A stretch of 22,243 bases of DNA from an uncultured archaeon (GCA_964496765.1 CAZCAP010000001.1:23289-45531); one strand, 5' to 3'; counted from the stretch's first letter, positions 1-8,011 are shown. Notes: generated by a model from the sequence alone, not told the origin. Made by a program: numbers and translations.

Positions 1-477
1 TAATCCCATGCTTATTAGAAACAATTTTGGAAAATCAAATAAGTAAACTACAATAACTGCAAAACAAAACAATATCATTGCTTTGAATATAGATATAACC
101 AAAGGAGTTATCCATATATTTTGGTGTCTATTAAATCTTAAATATTTATAACCAAGTATAAACAATAGATTTGATGCCCAAATAATTGGAATAAAATATA
201 ATAAGTAATGTGTATTAACTCCAAATATAATACCAGCACTTAAAACCCCAATTGATGGAATAAAGATAATAGGAATAATATTTTTAAATTTAAAATAAAT
301 TGCTCCTCTAATTAAGAAAAAATTAACTAAAATACCAATTAACCATTGTGGATGTGCTATAATAAATGGTAATCCAAATGCTAATAAAGAATAAATAATA
401 AGTTCAAAATATTCTGTATTAAAATACTTATAAACTATCTTTTGATTAAAATAGTGCTTATTTATTCCAATATTCAC
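1..477 (-). CDS. Multi-pass membrane protein, partial (3' end runs off the window); function unknown
   Basis: Manual reverse-strand translation gives 159 codons with no stop from 477 to position 1. This ORF is absent from the ORF track because it is truncated. An in-frame stop lies at 487-489. The GTG start at 475-477 is preceded by AGGA about 7 nt upstream. The product is very hydrophobic (..LLAFGLPFIIAHPQWLIGILVNFFLIRGAIYF..IPSIGVLSAGIIFG..) with several predicted TM helices. Confidence 0.55.
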   Translation of the reverse strand, partial: MNIGINKHYFNQKIVYKYFNTEYFELIIYSLLAFGLPFIIAHPQWLIGILVNFFLIRGAIYFKFKNIIPIIFIPSIGVLSAGIIFGVNTHYLLYFIPIIWASNLLFILGYKYLRFNRHQNIWITPLVISIFKAMILFCFAVIVVYLFDFPKLFLISMGL

Positions 478-568
478 AATAATTTCCTATTTTTGTATAA
501 TTATTATATATTATTAAGATAACAATTATTAAACCTTATCTTTCTATTATTATATAGGGGTTTAACCT

Positions 569-1960
569 ATGACTATTAAAAGACCTATTAATTCTAAATT
601 AAAAAACATATATGATGTTATTATTGTGGGGGCTGGACCTGCTGGTCTCTTTTGTGCAACAGAACTATCTAAGCTTAATAAAAATACAAAGATTCTAATT
701 ATTGATAAAGGAAACCTAGTTGAAAACAGAAAGAAAAACGAAGTTATGACTGGTTTTGGAGGAGCAGGTACCTTCTCTGATGGTAAACTTCATTTCACTC
801 CTGTTCTTTCCCATGAAAAAATGTTCCATCTTTATTCAAAGGAAGAATATCAAAAATATTTAGATTACATTGAAAAAGAATTCTTAGCTCTTGGAGTTCC
901 AAAAGACTATTATCCAAAGAATCTAAAAGAAGCTCAAGAGATGGTTGATAAAGCAGAAAGAAACAATATCAAACTATTTATTAGAAAAACAATTCATGTT
1001 GGAACAGATAAGCTAGTTCCAATCATCAAAAAGATCCAAGATAAGCTAAAGAACAACAAAAACATCACGTTACTCCCTCTAACAGAGGTTACTGATCTAT
1101 TGATCAATAAAAAACAAGTGGATGGAGTAATTATTTCAACAGGAGAAAAAATCTATGGTAAGAAGGTTATATGCGCTCCTGGAAGATATAATGCTTCCTG
1201 GATTGAAAGAATAACTGATAAATACAAGATTGAAAAAGTATTTGATAAGGTTGAGGTAGGAATTAGAGTTGAGTTCCCTTCTTCAATTAACTCAGCTCAT
1301 TCAGAACAGATGTATGAAACAATCTATTATATGTATACTCCAACCTTTGATGATGTTGTTAGAACCTTCTGTCCTTGTCCAAAGGGCTATGTGGCATTAG
1401 AAGATTATAAAGATTATGTGTGTGTTAATGGTTATTCAAATTCAAATAATGATGGAGTTAACTCGAATTTTGCTCTAGTTGTTGAAATTAATTTAACTGA
1501 ACCACTTGAGTCCACAAGAAAATATGCTGAATTCATTGCAAAAGGGGTAACTCTAATAGGAGCTGGAAAACCAATTATTCAAAGATATAAAGATCTAAAG
1601 ATGGGAAGAAGATCAACCCAGGAACGTTTAGGAAAAGCACATATTACTCCTTCCTTAAAGGAAGCTGTTCCTGGAGATATAGGAATGGCTATGCCCTATA
1701 GAATAACTAAGGATCTAATTGAAGGAATTGAAATGCTATCAAAACTTCTTCCTGGTTTGAATGGAGATTCAACTTTTCTTTATGCTCCAGAGGTTAAGTT
1801 CAGATCAAATAAGATAAAGACAGACAAGTATCTTGAAACAGATATAAATAATCTGTATATGCTTGGAGATGCAGCTGGAGTTTCAGGAAACATAGTTGGA
1901 GCAGCAATTTCTGGAATTATTTGTGCGAGAGGAATAATTAGAAAAAGAGAAAAGAATTAA
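569..1960 (+). CDS. FAD-dependent dehydrogenase, COG2509-like (uncharacterised NAD(FAD)-utilising dehydrogenase family)
   Basis: The N-terminal Rossmann dinucleotide motif is DVIIVGAGPAGLFCA. GFGGAGTFSDGKL is typical of the COG2509 family. A C-terminal GDAAG motif is present. An AGGGG Shine-Dalgarno-like motif lies about 8 nt upstream of the ATG. Confidence 0.8.
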   Translation: MTIKRPINSKLKNIYDVIIVGAGPAGLFCATELSKLNKNTKILIIDKGNLVENRKKNEVMTGFGGAGTFSDGKLHFTPVLSHEKMFHLYSKEEYQKYLDYIEKEFLALGVPKDYYPKNLKEAQEMVDKAERNNIKLFIRKTIHVGTDKLVPIIKKIQDKLKNNKNITLLPLTEVTDLLINKKQVDGVIISTGEKIYGKKVICAPGRYNASWIERITDKYKIEKVFDKVEVGIRVEFPSSINSAHSEQMYETIYYMYTPTFDDVVRTFCPCPKGYVALEDYKDYVCVNGYSNSNNDGVNSNFALVVEINLTEPLESTRKYAEFIAKGVTLIGAGKPIIQRYKDLKMGRRSTQERLGKAHITPSLKEAVPGDIGMAMPYRITKDLIEGIEMLSKLLPGLNGDSTFLYAPEVKFRSNKIKTDKYLETDINNLYMLGDAAGVSGNIVGAAISGIICARGIIRKREKN

Positions 1961-1962
1961 AT

Positions 1963-2604
1963 ATGCCATCAAGAAGATATAAAAAAATAAAGGTAGAACC
2001 AAAGGTTCTAAATGAGAAGTACATAGAAACTCATTCTTTTTCTAAAATGCATGAAGAAGCATGTACTCAAAAACATATTAAGAACAATCCACAGGCTATA
2101 GAAAGAAGAATTAAACTACAGCTAAAGAAGCTGTTCTCAATTTATGGAAGTGATATTGCTAAATTATTTAAAGAAAAATCAATACAAAACTTAATTATTA
2201 AATTAACTCCACGTGAAAAACTATTTTTTTATGACACTATCTTAAAATCTCATAATATTAAAGAGCATCATAGAGAATCCTATGATAATTGGCATAAGAA
2301 AATTTCACAAATTCTTGATTCAAATGTAAATCTTAAACATAGGACCGAAAAATTAAATCCCCTAAAAGAATTATTCAAAGAAAGTCCTGAAAAAGCAATA
2401 AGTAAATTAAAACAATTGGTTTCAAATAAATATGCAAAAACAGAGCACATAAAAAAGCTACAAAAACTAGATAAAGAATTATTTTTAGATTTAAATAAAA
2501 AAAATGAATTCTATGTTCTTGAAATGATCTATTTATTTGGAATTGATCATGAAATTGTATCTGCAATCACTAAAACCTTTAACAAACACAGAAGCACCTT
2601 ATGA
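1963..2604 (+). CDS. Hypothetical Lys-rich, probably all-helical soluble protein
   Basis: The 213-aa ORF starts 2 nt after the upstream stop, which suggests operonic coupling. I recognise no motif. There is a weakly recurring K-(E)-L-F-K-E element (AKLFKEKS, KELFKESPEK, KELFLDLNKK). Confidence 0.55.
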   Translation: MPSRRYKKIKVEPKVLNEKYIETHSFSKMHEEACTQKHIKNNPQAIERRIKLQLKKLFSIYGSDIAKLFKEKSIQNLIIKLTPREKLFFYDTILKSHNIKEHHRESYDNWHKKISQILDSNVNLKHRTEKLNPLKELFKESPEKAISKLKQLVSNKYAKTEHIKKLQKLDKELFLDLNKKNEFYVLEMIYLFGIDHEIVSAITKTFNKHRSTL

Positions 2605-2661
2605 TTTAAGATAAATATATTTATAAATTTAATTAACTAAATTATTACTAGTGATATAAAC

Positions 2662-3039
2662 ATGGTTGAAAAGCAAGAAAGTGCAGCAGAGGGTGCTGCA
2701 GATTTTATGTATTTTATGATATTTGGGTTCTATGGTTTATTTTTATCAACTTTATTGATAATAATAAATAATGTGATTGATTTTTTTTGGGGATCTCAGA
2801 TTGTAGATATCTATTTCACAGTAATTTCAACAATTATTGTTTCTTTATATTTTGTATTCCATAGGTTTTCAAGAGTAAGCTTTATGTACCTACTGGGATG
2901 GATTATTGGAATGTTTGTTTTATATGCATTAGATTTATCTTTCTTTAATATAAATTTACAAAAAATAATTTTCTGGGTAATTTTACCTACAATCATAATA
3001 ATAATAAGATTTATTATACACAAAGGTAGAGGTAATTAA
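2662..3039 (+). CDS. Small 4-TM membrane protein, paralog 1 of a tandem pair
   Basis: The protein is 125 aa with about four hydrophobic segments. It aligns clearly with the next ORF (FMYLLGWIIGMFVLYALDL...ILPTIIIIIRFIIH versus FFYLVGWIVGLIILYKAEL...GIPTIMFIVRFIVY). Confidence 0.65.
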   Translation: MVEKQESAAEGAADFMYFMIFGFYGLFLSTLLIIINNVIDFFWGSQIVDIYFTVISTIIVSLYFVFHRFSRVSFMYLLGWIIGMFVLYALDLSFFNINLQKIIFWVILPTIIIIIRFIIHKGRGN

Positions 3040-3044
3040 GTAAT

Positions 3045-3437
3045 ATGAGTCCACCAAGATTATATCATCATGCGCATCATACATGGCATGGAACAACAGC
3101 CTTCATTATTAAAATTATATTGAATTTTATACTTTTAACTATACTTTTATTTATAAATCAGATTGCAGAACATTTTCTTGGTAAGGCAATCATCTCCTAT
3201 CTAATAATAACCATAATAATTGTTTTGTTTACAATCTATACAGTAATAAGTCATTTTACAAAAGCTAATTTCTTTTATTTAGTAGGTTGGATTGTTGGGT
3301 TAATTATACTTTATAAAGCAGAGCTTCCGTTTATAGAACTAGATACTATCCATATGTCATTATATATTGGAATTCCAACCATCATGTTCATAGTAAGATT
3401 TATTGTATACCTCTATTCGGATAGAGAAAAATTCTAG
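3045..3437 (+). CDS. Small 4-TM membrane protein, paralog 2, with a His-rich N-terminus
   Basis: The protein is 130 aa and is a paralog of 2662-3039, starting 5 nt after it. A GGTAGAGG purine-rich motif lies upstream. The N-terminus MSPPRLYHHAHHTWHG contains 6 His in 16 residues. Confidence 0.65.
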   Translation: MSPPRLYHHAHHTWHGTTAFIIKIILNFILLTILLFINQIAEHFLGKAIISYLIITIIIVLFTIYTVISHFTKANFFYLVGWIVGLIILYKAELPFIELDTIHMSLYIGIPTIMFIVRFIVYLYSDREKF

Positions 3438-3460
3438 GATTATTTAATTTCCTTATTTTA

Positions 3461-3506
3461 TAAGAAAAAAAAGAAAAAGATGTTAGATGAATTTATAATT
3501 CATCTA
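3461..3506 (-). terminator. Hairpin plus T-tract terminator for ftsZ; the hairpin overlaps the ftsZ stop codon
   Basis: A perfect 10-bp inverted repeat runs tagatgaatt (3484-3493) / aattcatcta (3497-3506) with a 3-nt loop. The ftsZ stop codon occupies 3493-3495. On the minus strand the hairpin is followed by tctttttcttttttttctt (the plus-strand A-runs at 3465-3472 and 3474-3478). It lies between convergent genes. Confidence 0.45.
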
Positions 3507-4596
3507 AACCGAAATCGTTATCGTATGATCTTCTTGATCCACTTGCTGGAGCGTTTGAACCACCCTTTCCATTAAATCTTGTACTTCCTTTAATGAATGG
3601 TGACTTTACTCCTGTGAAGATTGCAATTACTTCAATCTTATTATCGAAAGTAGGATCTATTCTTGCACCCCAAATAACATTTGCGTTTGGATCTATTTCG
3701 TCTGTTAACATTTCACCAACAGCATTTGCTTCTCCAAGTGTTAATTCAGCTCCACCTGTAATGTGTATTAAACATCCAGATGCTCCTCCGATATCAACAT
3801 CTAAAAGTGCATTCTTTAATGTGTCCTCAACAACTTCTTCAACCTTATTAACTGATTGTGATTCTCCAACAGCAATAACAGATAATCCCTTACCGCCCAT
3901 TACTGTTCTAATGTCTGCGTAATCTAAGTTAATTAATGAAGGTTGTGTTATTGTTTCTGTGATTCCTCTAATTGTTCTTGCGATTACTTCATCAGCTACT
4001 TTGAAAGCATCCTGTATAGGTAAATTTGGAACTAATTCAACTAATCTGTTGTTATCAATGATTATAATTGTATCACAAACATCTTTTAATACATCAATTC
4101 CTTCTTCTGCTTTCTTAGCTCTTGCTCTTTCAAGTACGAATGGGAATGTAACTATTGCAATAACAATTGCACCCTGTTGTTTAGCTATCTGAGCTACAAC
4201 TGGAGATGCTCCTGTTCCTGTTCCTCCACCCATTCCAGAGGTTATGAATAATAAATCTACACCATCAAGTATTTCTTCAAGTGCGCCCTTTGAAACTTCA
4301 GCAGCCTTAGCTCCGATTTCTGGATAAGCTCCTGCACCAAGTCCGTTTGTTATTGACTTACCGATTAATAATTTTGTAATATCGTCTGAAATTATTCCTA
4401 AATGTTGTCTATCTGTGTTAACAGCCACTATTTGTGCACCAGCAACACCCATTGCTGCAATTCTATTTACAGAATTATTTCCAGCACCACCAACACCAAC
4501 TACCATAATCTTTGGAGCTGCAAATTCTTCATCTTTAGAGAAAGAAGCAGAACCTTCAGATTTATCATTTATTGCTTTTGATACAATTGATCTCAT
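3493..4596 (-). CDS. ftsZ: Cell division protein FtsZ (archaeal type)
   Basis: The protein carries [13 protein letters not shown] and the tubulin signature [26 protein letters not shown] marks the T7-loop region. The ORF track extends to a GTG at 4603-4605. That GTG is part of AGGTG (4603-4607), which sits 6 nt upstream of the ATG at 4594-4596. I therefore prefer the ATG start; the 4605 start remains possible. Confidence 0.95.
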   Translation of the reverse strand: MRSIVSKAINDKSEGSASFSKDEEFAAPKIMVVGVGGAGNNSVNRIAAMGVAGAQIVAVNTDRQHLGIISDDITKLLIGKSITNGLGAGAYPEIGAKAAEVSKGALEEILDGVDLLFITSGMGGGTGTGASPVVAQIAKQQGAIVIAIVTFPFVLERARAKKAEEGIDVLKDVCDTIIIIDNNRLVELVPNLPIQDAFKVADEVIARTIRGITETITQPSLINLDYADIRTVMGGKGLSVIAVGESQSVNKVEEVVEDTLKNALLDVDIGGASGCLIHITGGAELTLGEANAVGEMLTDEIDPNANVIWGARIDPTFDNKIEVIAIFTGVKSPFIKGSTRFNGKGGSNAPASGSRRSYDNDFGLDEL

Positions 4597-4859
4597 CTTA
4601 TACACCTTTTTTTATTTTTTTGTCCTTTATTAATAAAATTTAAAATACTATCTCAACCTTCTGTTATACTGATATTTCTTGAAAATATTTGATTGAAAGG
4701 CAGATTTTGGATACGTTTTGTATAACCTCAAACATGTTAAAATAATATCTTTGATATTATAAATTAGTACAAATACTTTTTAAATAGATATTATGCATAA
4801 TCTTTTTGAAAAACTAATGAAATTTAATCAAAATATATTAACTTGAATACAGGAATTAT

Positions 4860-5417
4860 ATGTATAAACTATTACTTCTGGTAATTTATGTATTAATTTA
4901 CTATGCTTTTGTGTATAGATTAACTAAAAGGTATATGGATACTACTAGAGAAACAATAAATATGTTCAAAACCGATTTTTATACATCCCAATATTTCGTG
5001 GTTTTCTTTATTCTTGCTTTAATTTCTCTTTTTTATTATATGTTTTATACAAATGTGTATATATTTGCTGTCCAAGATATATTGTTTTTCATATTAATAA
5101 TCTTTTCAGGAATTATAGAGTATAATGCAATTAAAAACCTAGGAGAAAACTATTATCCTCAAACAGGTCCTGAAAAAAGATTAATCACAACAGGAATATA
5201 TTCAAAGATAAGACATCCAATCTATCTTTCCGCCCTAATCCTTGGTCTTGGGATTTATTCTCTCTGGGCTTTTAATATACTTCTGTATACCTATCCTCTA
5301 CTCATTATATCAGTAATAATTAAAGTTGAACAGGAAGATAGATACCTAACTAAAAGATTTAAAGCCTATAGAGGATATAAAACAAAAAGCTATAAATTAA
5401 TTCCCTATATTTACTAA
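4860..5417 (+). CDS. Membrane methyltransferase of the ICMT / phospholipid methyltransferase (PEMT) superfamily
   Basis: The protein is polytopic. The C-terminal region carries family-typical motifs: LITTGIYSKIRHPIYLSALILGLG, followed by EQEDRYLTKRFKAYRGYK. Confidence 0.7.
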   Translation: MYKLLLLVIYVLIYYAFVYRLTKRYMDTTRETINMFKTDFYTSQYFVVFFILALISLFYYMFYTNVYIFAVQDILFFILIIFSGIIEYNAIKNLGENYYPQTGPEKRLITTGIYSKIRHPIYLSALILGLGIYSLWAFNILLYTYPLLIISVIIKVEQEDRYLTKRFKAYRGYKTKSYKLIPYIY

Positions 5418-5427
5418 AGGTAACTAA

Positions 5428-5946
5428 TTATTGCCCAAGCTTATATCCTCCTCTTTCAAATACTACACTCTTATGGCTTGTAAATCTAGTGAAATTAATA
5501 ATTAGATCTGCGATTACCTTTGCCCAGAATGCACTGAAATGTAAGAACTCAACAAAAAAGATAATTAGCACAAATACAAGAATAACTCCAACAATATTTA
5601 TGAAATAATACCTAATAAATGATTTTATGTTTCTCACTGAAAAGGTTCTTGTTTCGTCTTTAAATGTGTATTTCTTATGCAAAGTGAAATTAACAAAACC
5701 TTTACTTAGGTCAGATATTACAACAACAGGAATATAAAAAAAGTTTAACCAATTTACAAAAATTAATATCAACCCCAAGTCAACAATGGTCCCAACCATA
5801 CCAAGGGTTACATATTTAAGATATCTTTTATATTTATAAAACAAGCTATAGCTAATTAAAAAGTAATATAATTTATGAAATATCGTGTGCTTTCTAATGT
5901 CCAGTAATGACCGTGAGAATCTATACTTATTTTTATTCTGTGGCAT
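5428..5946 (-). CDS. GtrA-family membrane protein (lipid-linked glycan translocation family) with an N-terminal extension
   Basis: The protein has 4 TM helices. Motifs are GtrA-like: RYLKYVTLGMVGTIVDLGLILIFV, NFTLHKKYTFKD and NFTRFTSHKSVVFE. Its start overlaps the upstream stop as TAATG at 5944-5948. Confidence 0.7.
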   Translation of the reverse strand: MPQNKNKYRFSRSLLDIRKHTIFHKLYYFLISYSLFYKYKRYLKYVTLGMVGTIVDLGLILIFVNWLNFFYIPVVVISDLSKGFVNFTLHKKYTFKDETRTFSVRNIKSFIRYYFINIVGVILVFVLIIFFVEFLHFSAFWAKVIADLIINFTRFTSHKSVVFERGGYKLGQ

Positions 5947-6680
5947 TACAATGGTCTCCTTTTTGGTATCATTGGTTTTTTTATTTTGTGCATTTCTTTT
6001 GGATTTTCTTGCCTTGCTTTAAACAGAAATGCATCTTTTTGTTTATATTTTTTAATTTTATCAACAACTGAAACATATTTATCCATTAAACTATCCATGT
6101 GCTTTTGGGAATGATTCATATATTTAATCTCTGAAATTTCTTTTCTTAGTTGTTTAAATTCAAGTAAAGCTTGCAGTACTTCATGGTTTTTTCGTCCTGT
6201 TTGCTTAAAATTAGCTAGCATTTTTATAATAAATTTATCAGTGGGTGTTGCAACATGATAGGTTGGTCTAGTAATCTTAAATAGGGCTTCTTTTGTTATA
6301 TGCTGCTTTTTAATTGATGTTAATGTTTCTTTAATTTTATCAAATACATTTATATCTGATAATTTTCTAACGTATGCTACATTTTCTAATTTTGGAACAG
6401 TATCATATTTTGCTGCTGTGTAAAATAAAAGTTTTGATTTTTTAAGAGCAACCTTGAAAAAATTAACAACTTCTTTTTCACTAGCAAAATCACTTCTTAC
6501 ATCAGAAACAACTAAATCAATCTTTTTGTCACCTATATATTTGAGAGCTTCTTTTGGAGTTGAAACTGTTATTAAATCAATCCCAAATTCATCTAGCAAT
6601 CCACTTTTTTTTAATTGAAGTTTAAATAATAAGCTTTCCATATCATTATCTTCTAAATGTAATATTGTTTTTCTTTGCAT
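5946..6680 (-). CDS. CheY-like receiver-domain protein with an uncharacterised Lys-rich helical C-terminal domain
   Basis: The N-terminal ~120 aa shows the receiver pattern. The beta1 acidic pair is ILHLEDND, the putative phospho-acceptor is DLVVSDV, the conserved Thr is LLFYTA and the conserved Lys is AYVRK. The C-terminal ~120 aa has no motif I recognise. No histidine kinase is present in the window. Confidence 0.6.
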   Translation of the reverse strand: MQRKTILHLEDNDMESLLFKLQLKKSGLLDEFGIDLITVSTPKEALKYIGDKKIDLVVSDVRSDFASEKEVVNFFKVALKKSKLLFYTAAKYDTVPKLENVAYVRKLSDINVFDKIKETLTSIKKQHITKEALFKITRPTYHVATPTDKFIIKMLANFKQTGRKNHEVLQALLEFKQLRKEISEIKYMNHSQKHMDSLMDKYVSVVDKIKKYKQKDAFLFKARQENPKEMHKIKKPMIPKRRPL

Positions 6681-6810
6681 ATATAATCAGTTTTGAAAAT
6701 TAGTTACTTCCATTATACTTTCATTATTTCACAATAAATATATTTAATAAGATAAGTATATAAACCAAACTATCTAAAATATATACTAATAATTAGAGGA
6801 TTGGAAATAA

Positions 6811-7833
6811 ATGAAATTTAAAGAATTTAATAAATATTTAGCGATTGCTATTGTTATTCTTTTGGGAATTGTATTTTTTTATAATCTATTGCCCTATCTA
6901 AATGCATTCTTTGGAGCTATGATCTTATTTTTTTTATTTTTTCCACTATATTCTTTATTTACAAATAAATTAAAGCTTAGTAAAGGAATTTCAGCAATAA
7001 TTGTTATAGTTATTACCCTATTGATAATAATTGTTCCTTTAATTTTCATTGTGAATTCTGCTGCTACAGAAATAAATTACATTACTACTCACTCAGATGA
7101 AATTTTATCCAAAATAAATATTATTGATTCAAAATATCCTACCCTACATATTAAAGAAACCATTAATAAAAACCTACCTGCAATTGTTTCCTTTGGCGGG
7201 AATCTGTTAATGAAACAAATAAATAGTATAGCAAAAATCCTAATTGTATTATTTATAATGTACTGTACACTATATTATCTTTTTATAGCTCATAAAAAAA
7301 TTGAACAAAAAATTAAAGACTTTCTTCCTTTTAATAAAAAAAATACAATCACTTTAGTAAACAGTTTTAGAAGAGTAACCATGACTGTTCTAATTTCAAC
7401 TGGTTTAATTTCTTTAATACAGGGTATACTTTTGGGTCTAGTATTTTTCTTGTTTGGGATAAAAGGCGCAATTCTTTGGGGAATAGTTGCTTTTATTGTA
7501 TCTCTTCTTCCAGTGGTTGGCTTACCACTAATTTATGTTCCATTCTCTATAATCTATCTAGTTAATCAGAATTATTATGTTGGTTTTGGAGTATTAATCC
7601 TTGGAATAGTAGTTAGTTTGTCTGATTACCTTCTAAGACCACTACTACAAAAGCGTATGGGAGATATTCATCCTCTCATATCAATAATAGGTGTAGTTAT
7701 TGGTATATCCGCATTTGGATTTATTGGTTTAATTATAGGGCCTTTACTTATAACCTATCTATTATTAACCTACAAAATGTTTATGGAAGAATATATTAAA
7801 AAACAAAAGGTGAGTAATCATGAGACGAAATGA
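6811..7833 (+). CDS. AI-2E family transporter (PerM / UPF0118)
   Basis: The protein is 340 aa with about 8 TM helices. Family-typical segments are ILWGIVAFIVSLLPVVGLPLIYVP and PLISIIGVVIGISAFGFIGLIIGPLL. A GAGG motif lies about 13 nt upstream of the ATG. Confidence 0.8.
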   Translation: MKFKEFNKYLAIAIVILLGIVFFYNLLPYLNAFFGAMILFFLFFPLYSLFTNKLKLSKGISAIIVIVITLLIIIVPLIFIVNSAATEINYITTHSDEILSKINIIDSKYPTLHIKETINKNLPAIVSFGGNLLMKQINSIAKILIVLFIMYCTLYYLFIAHKKIEQKIKDFLPFNKKNTITLVNSFRRVTMTVLISTGLISLIQGILLGLVFFLFGIKGAILWGIVAFIVSLLPVVGLPLIYVPFSIIYLVNQNYYVGFGVLILGIVVSLSDYLLRPLLQKRMGDIHPLISIIGVVIGISAFGFIGLIIGPLLITYLLLTYKMFMEEYIKKQKVSNHETK

Positions 7834-8011
7834 AAATAAAAACGTAAATGTACAGATTGCAGGAACAATTGGAGGCTTATCTGTTGCATTGGTTGCAATT
7901 AATCTTATCTTTGCAAGCAATTATGCATGGGTATCAATATTTATAGTATTATTTATGGTAATCTTTGGAATTGTCCTTGCTAATTTCGAAAATAATAAAA
8001 AAAAAAAGTGA
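7820..8011 (+). CDS. Small 2-TM membrane protein with a poly-Lys tail
   Basis: The 63-aa ORF overlaps the end of the AI-2E gene by 14 nt. It has a strong AAGGTGA Shine-Dalgarno motif 6 nt upstream of the ATG. There are two hydrophobic helices, and the C-terminus is NNKKKK. Confidence 0.5.
   Translation: MRRNENKNVNVQIAGTIGGLSVALVAINLIFASNYAWVSIFIVLFMVIFGIVLANFENNKKKK

Noticed and set aside
2605-2661. TATA-box/BRE promoter calls were considered in intergenic regions, for example aaatatatttataaa near 2614-2630, ttatatat and tttata near 21053-21077, and tttaaata near 4781-4788.
   Set aside because: With about 70% A+T, TATA-like strings occur everywhere, and several candidates per gap give inconsistent spacing to the start codons. 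They are not reportable as features without transcription start site data.
2375-3023. Minus-strand ORFs 2375-2566 and 2811-3023 overlap plus-strand genes.
   Set aside because: They are embedded in better-supported plus-strand ORFs. AT-rich sequence generates such shadow frames. The 2811-3023 frame opposes a gene supported by a paralog.
3593-4633. Three plus-strand ORFs (3593-3922, 3959-4192, 4415-4633) lie antisense to ftsZ.
   Set aside because: They lie entirely inside the strongly supported ftsZ gene. Their products are low-complexity (Ser/Thr/Ala/Ile-rich), as expected from the reverse complement of a Gly/Ala/Val-rich gene. They have no start context.
4793-4846. A 17-codon ORF (MHNLFEKLMKFNQNILT) lies in the long ftsZ/ICMT intergenic region; it could be a upstream ORF or micropeptide.
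   Set aside because: It is too short to distinguish from chance in AT-rich DNA. It has no Shine-Dalgarno motif, and conservation cannot be checked here.
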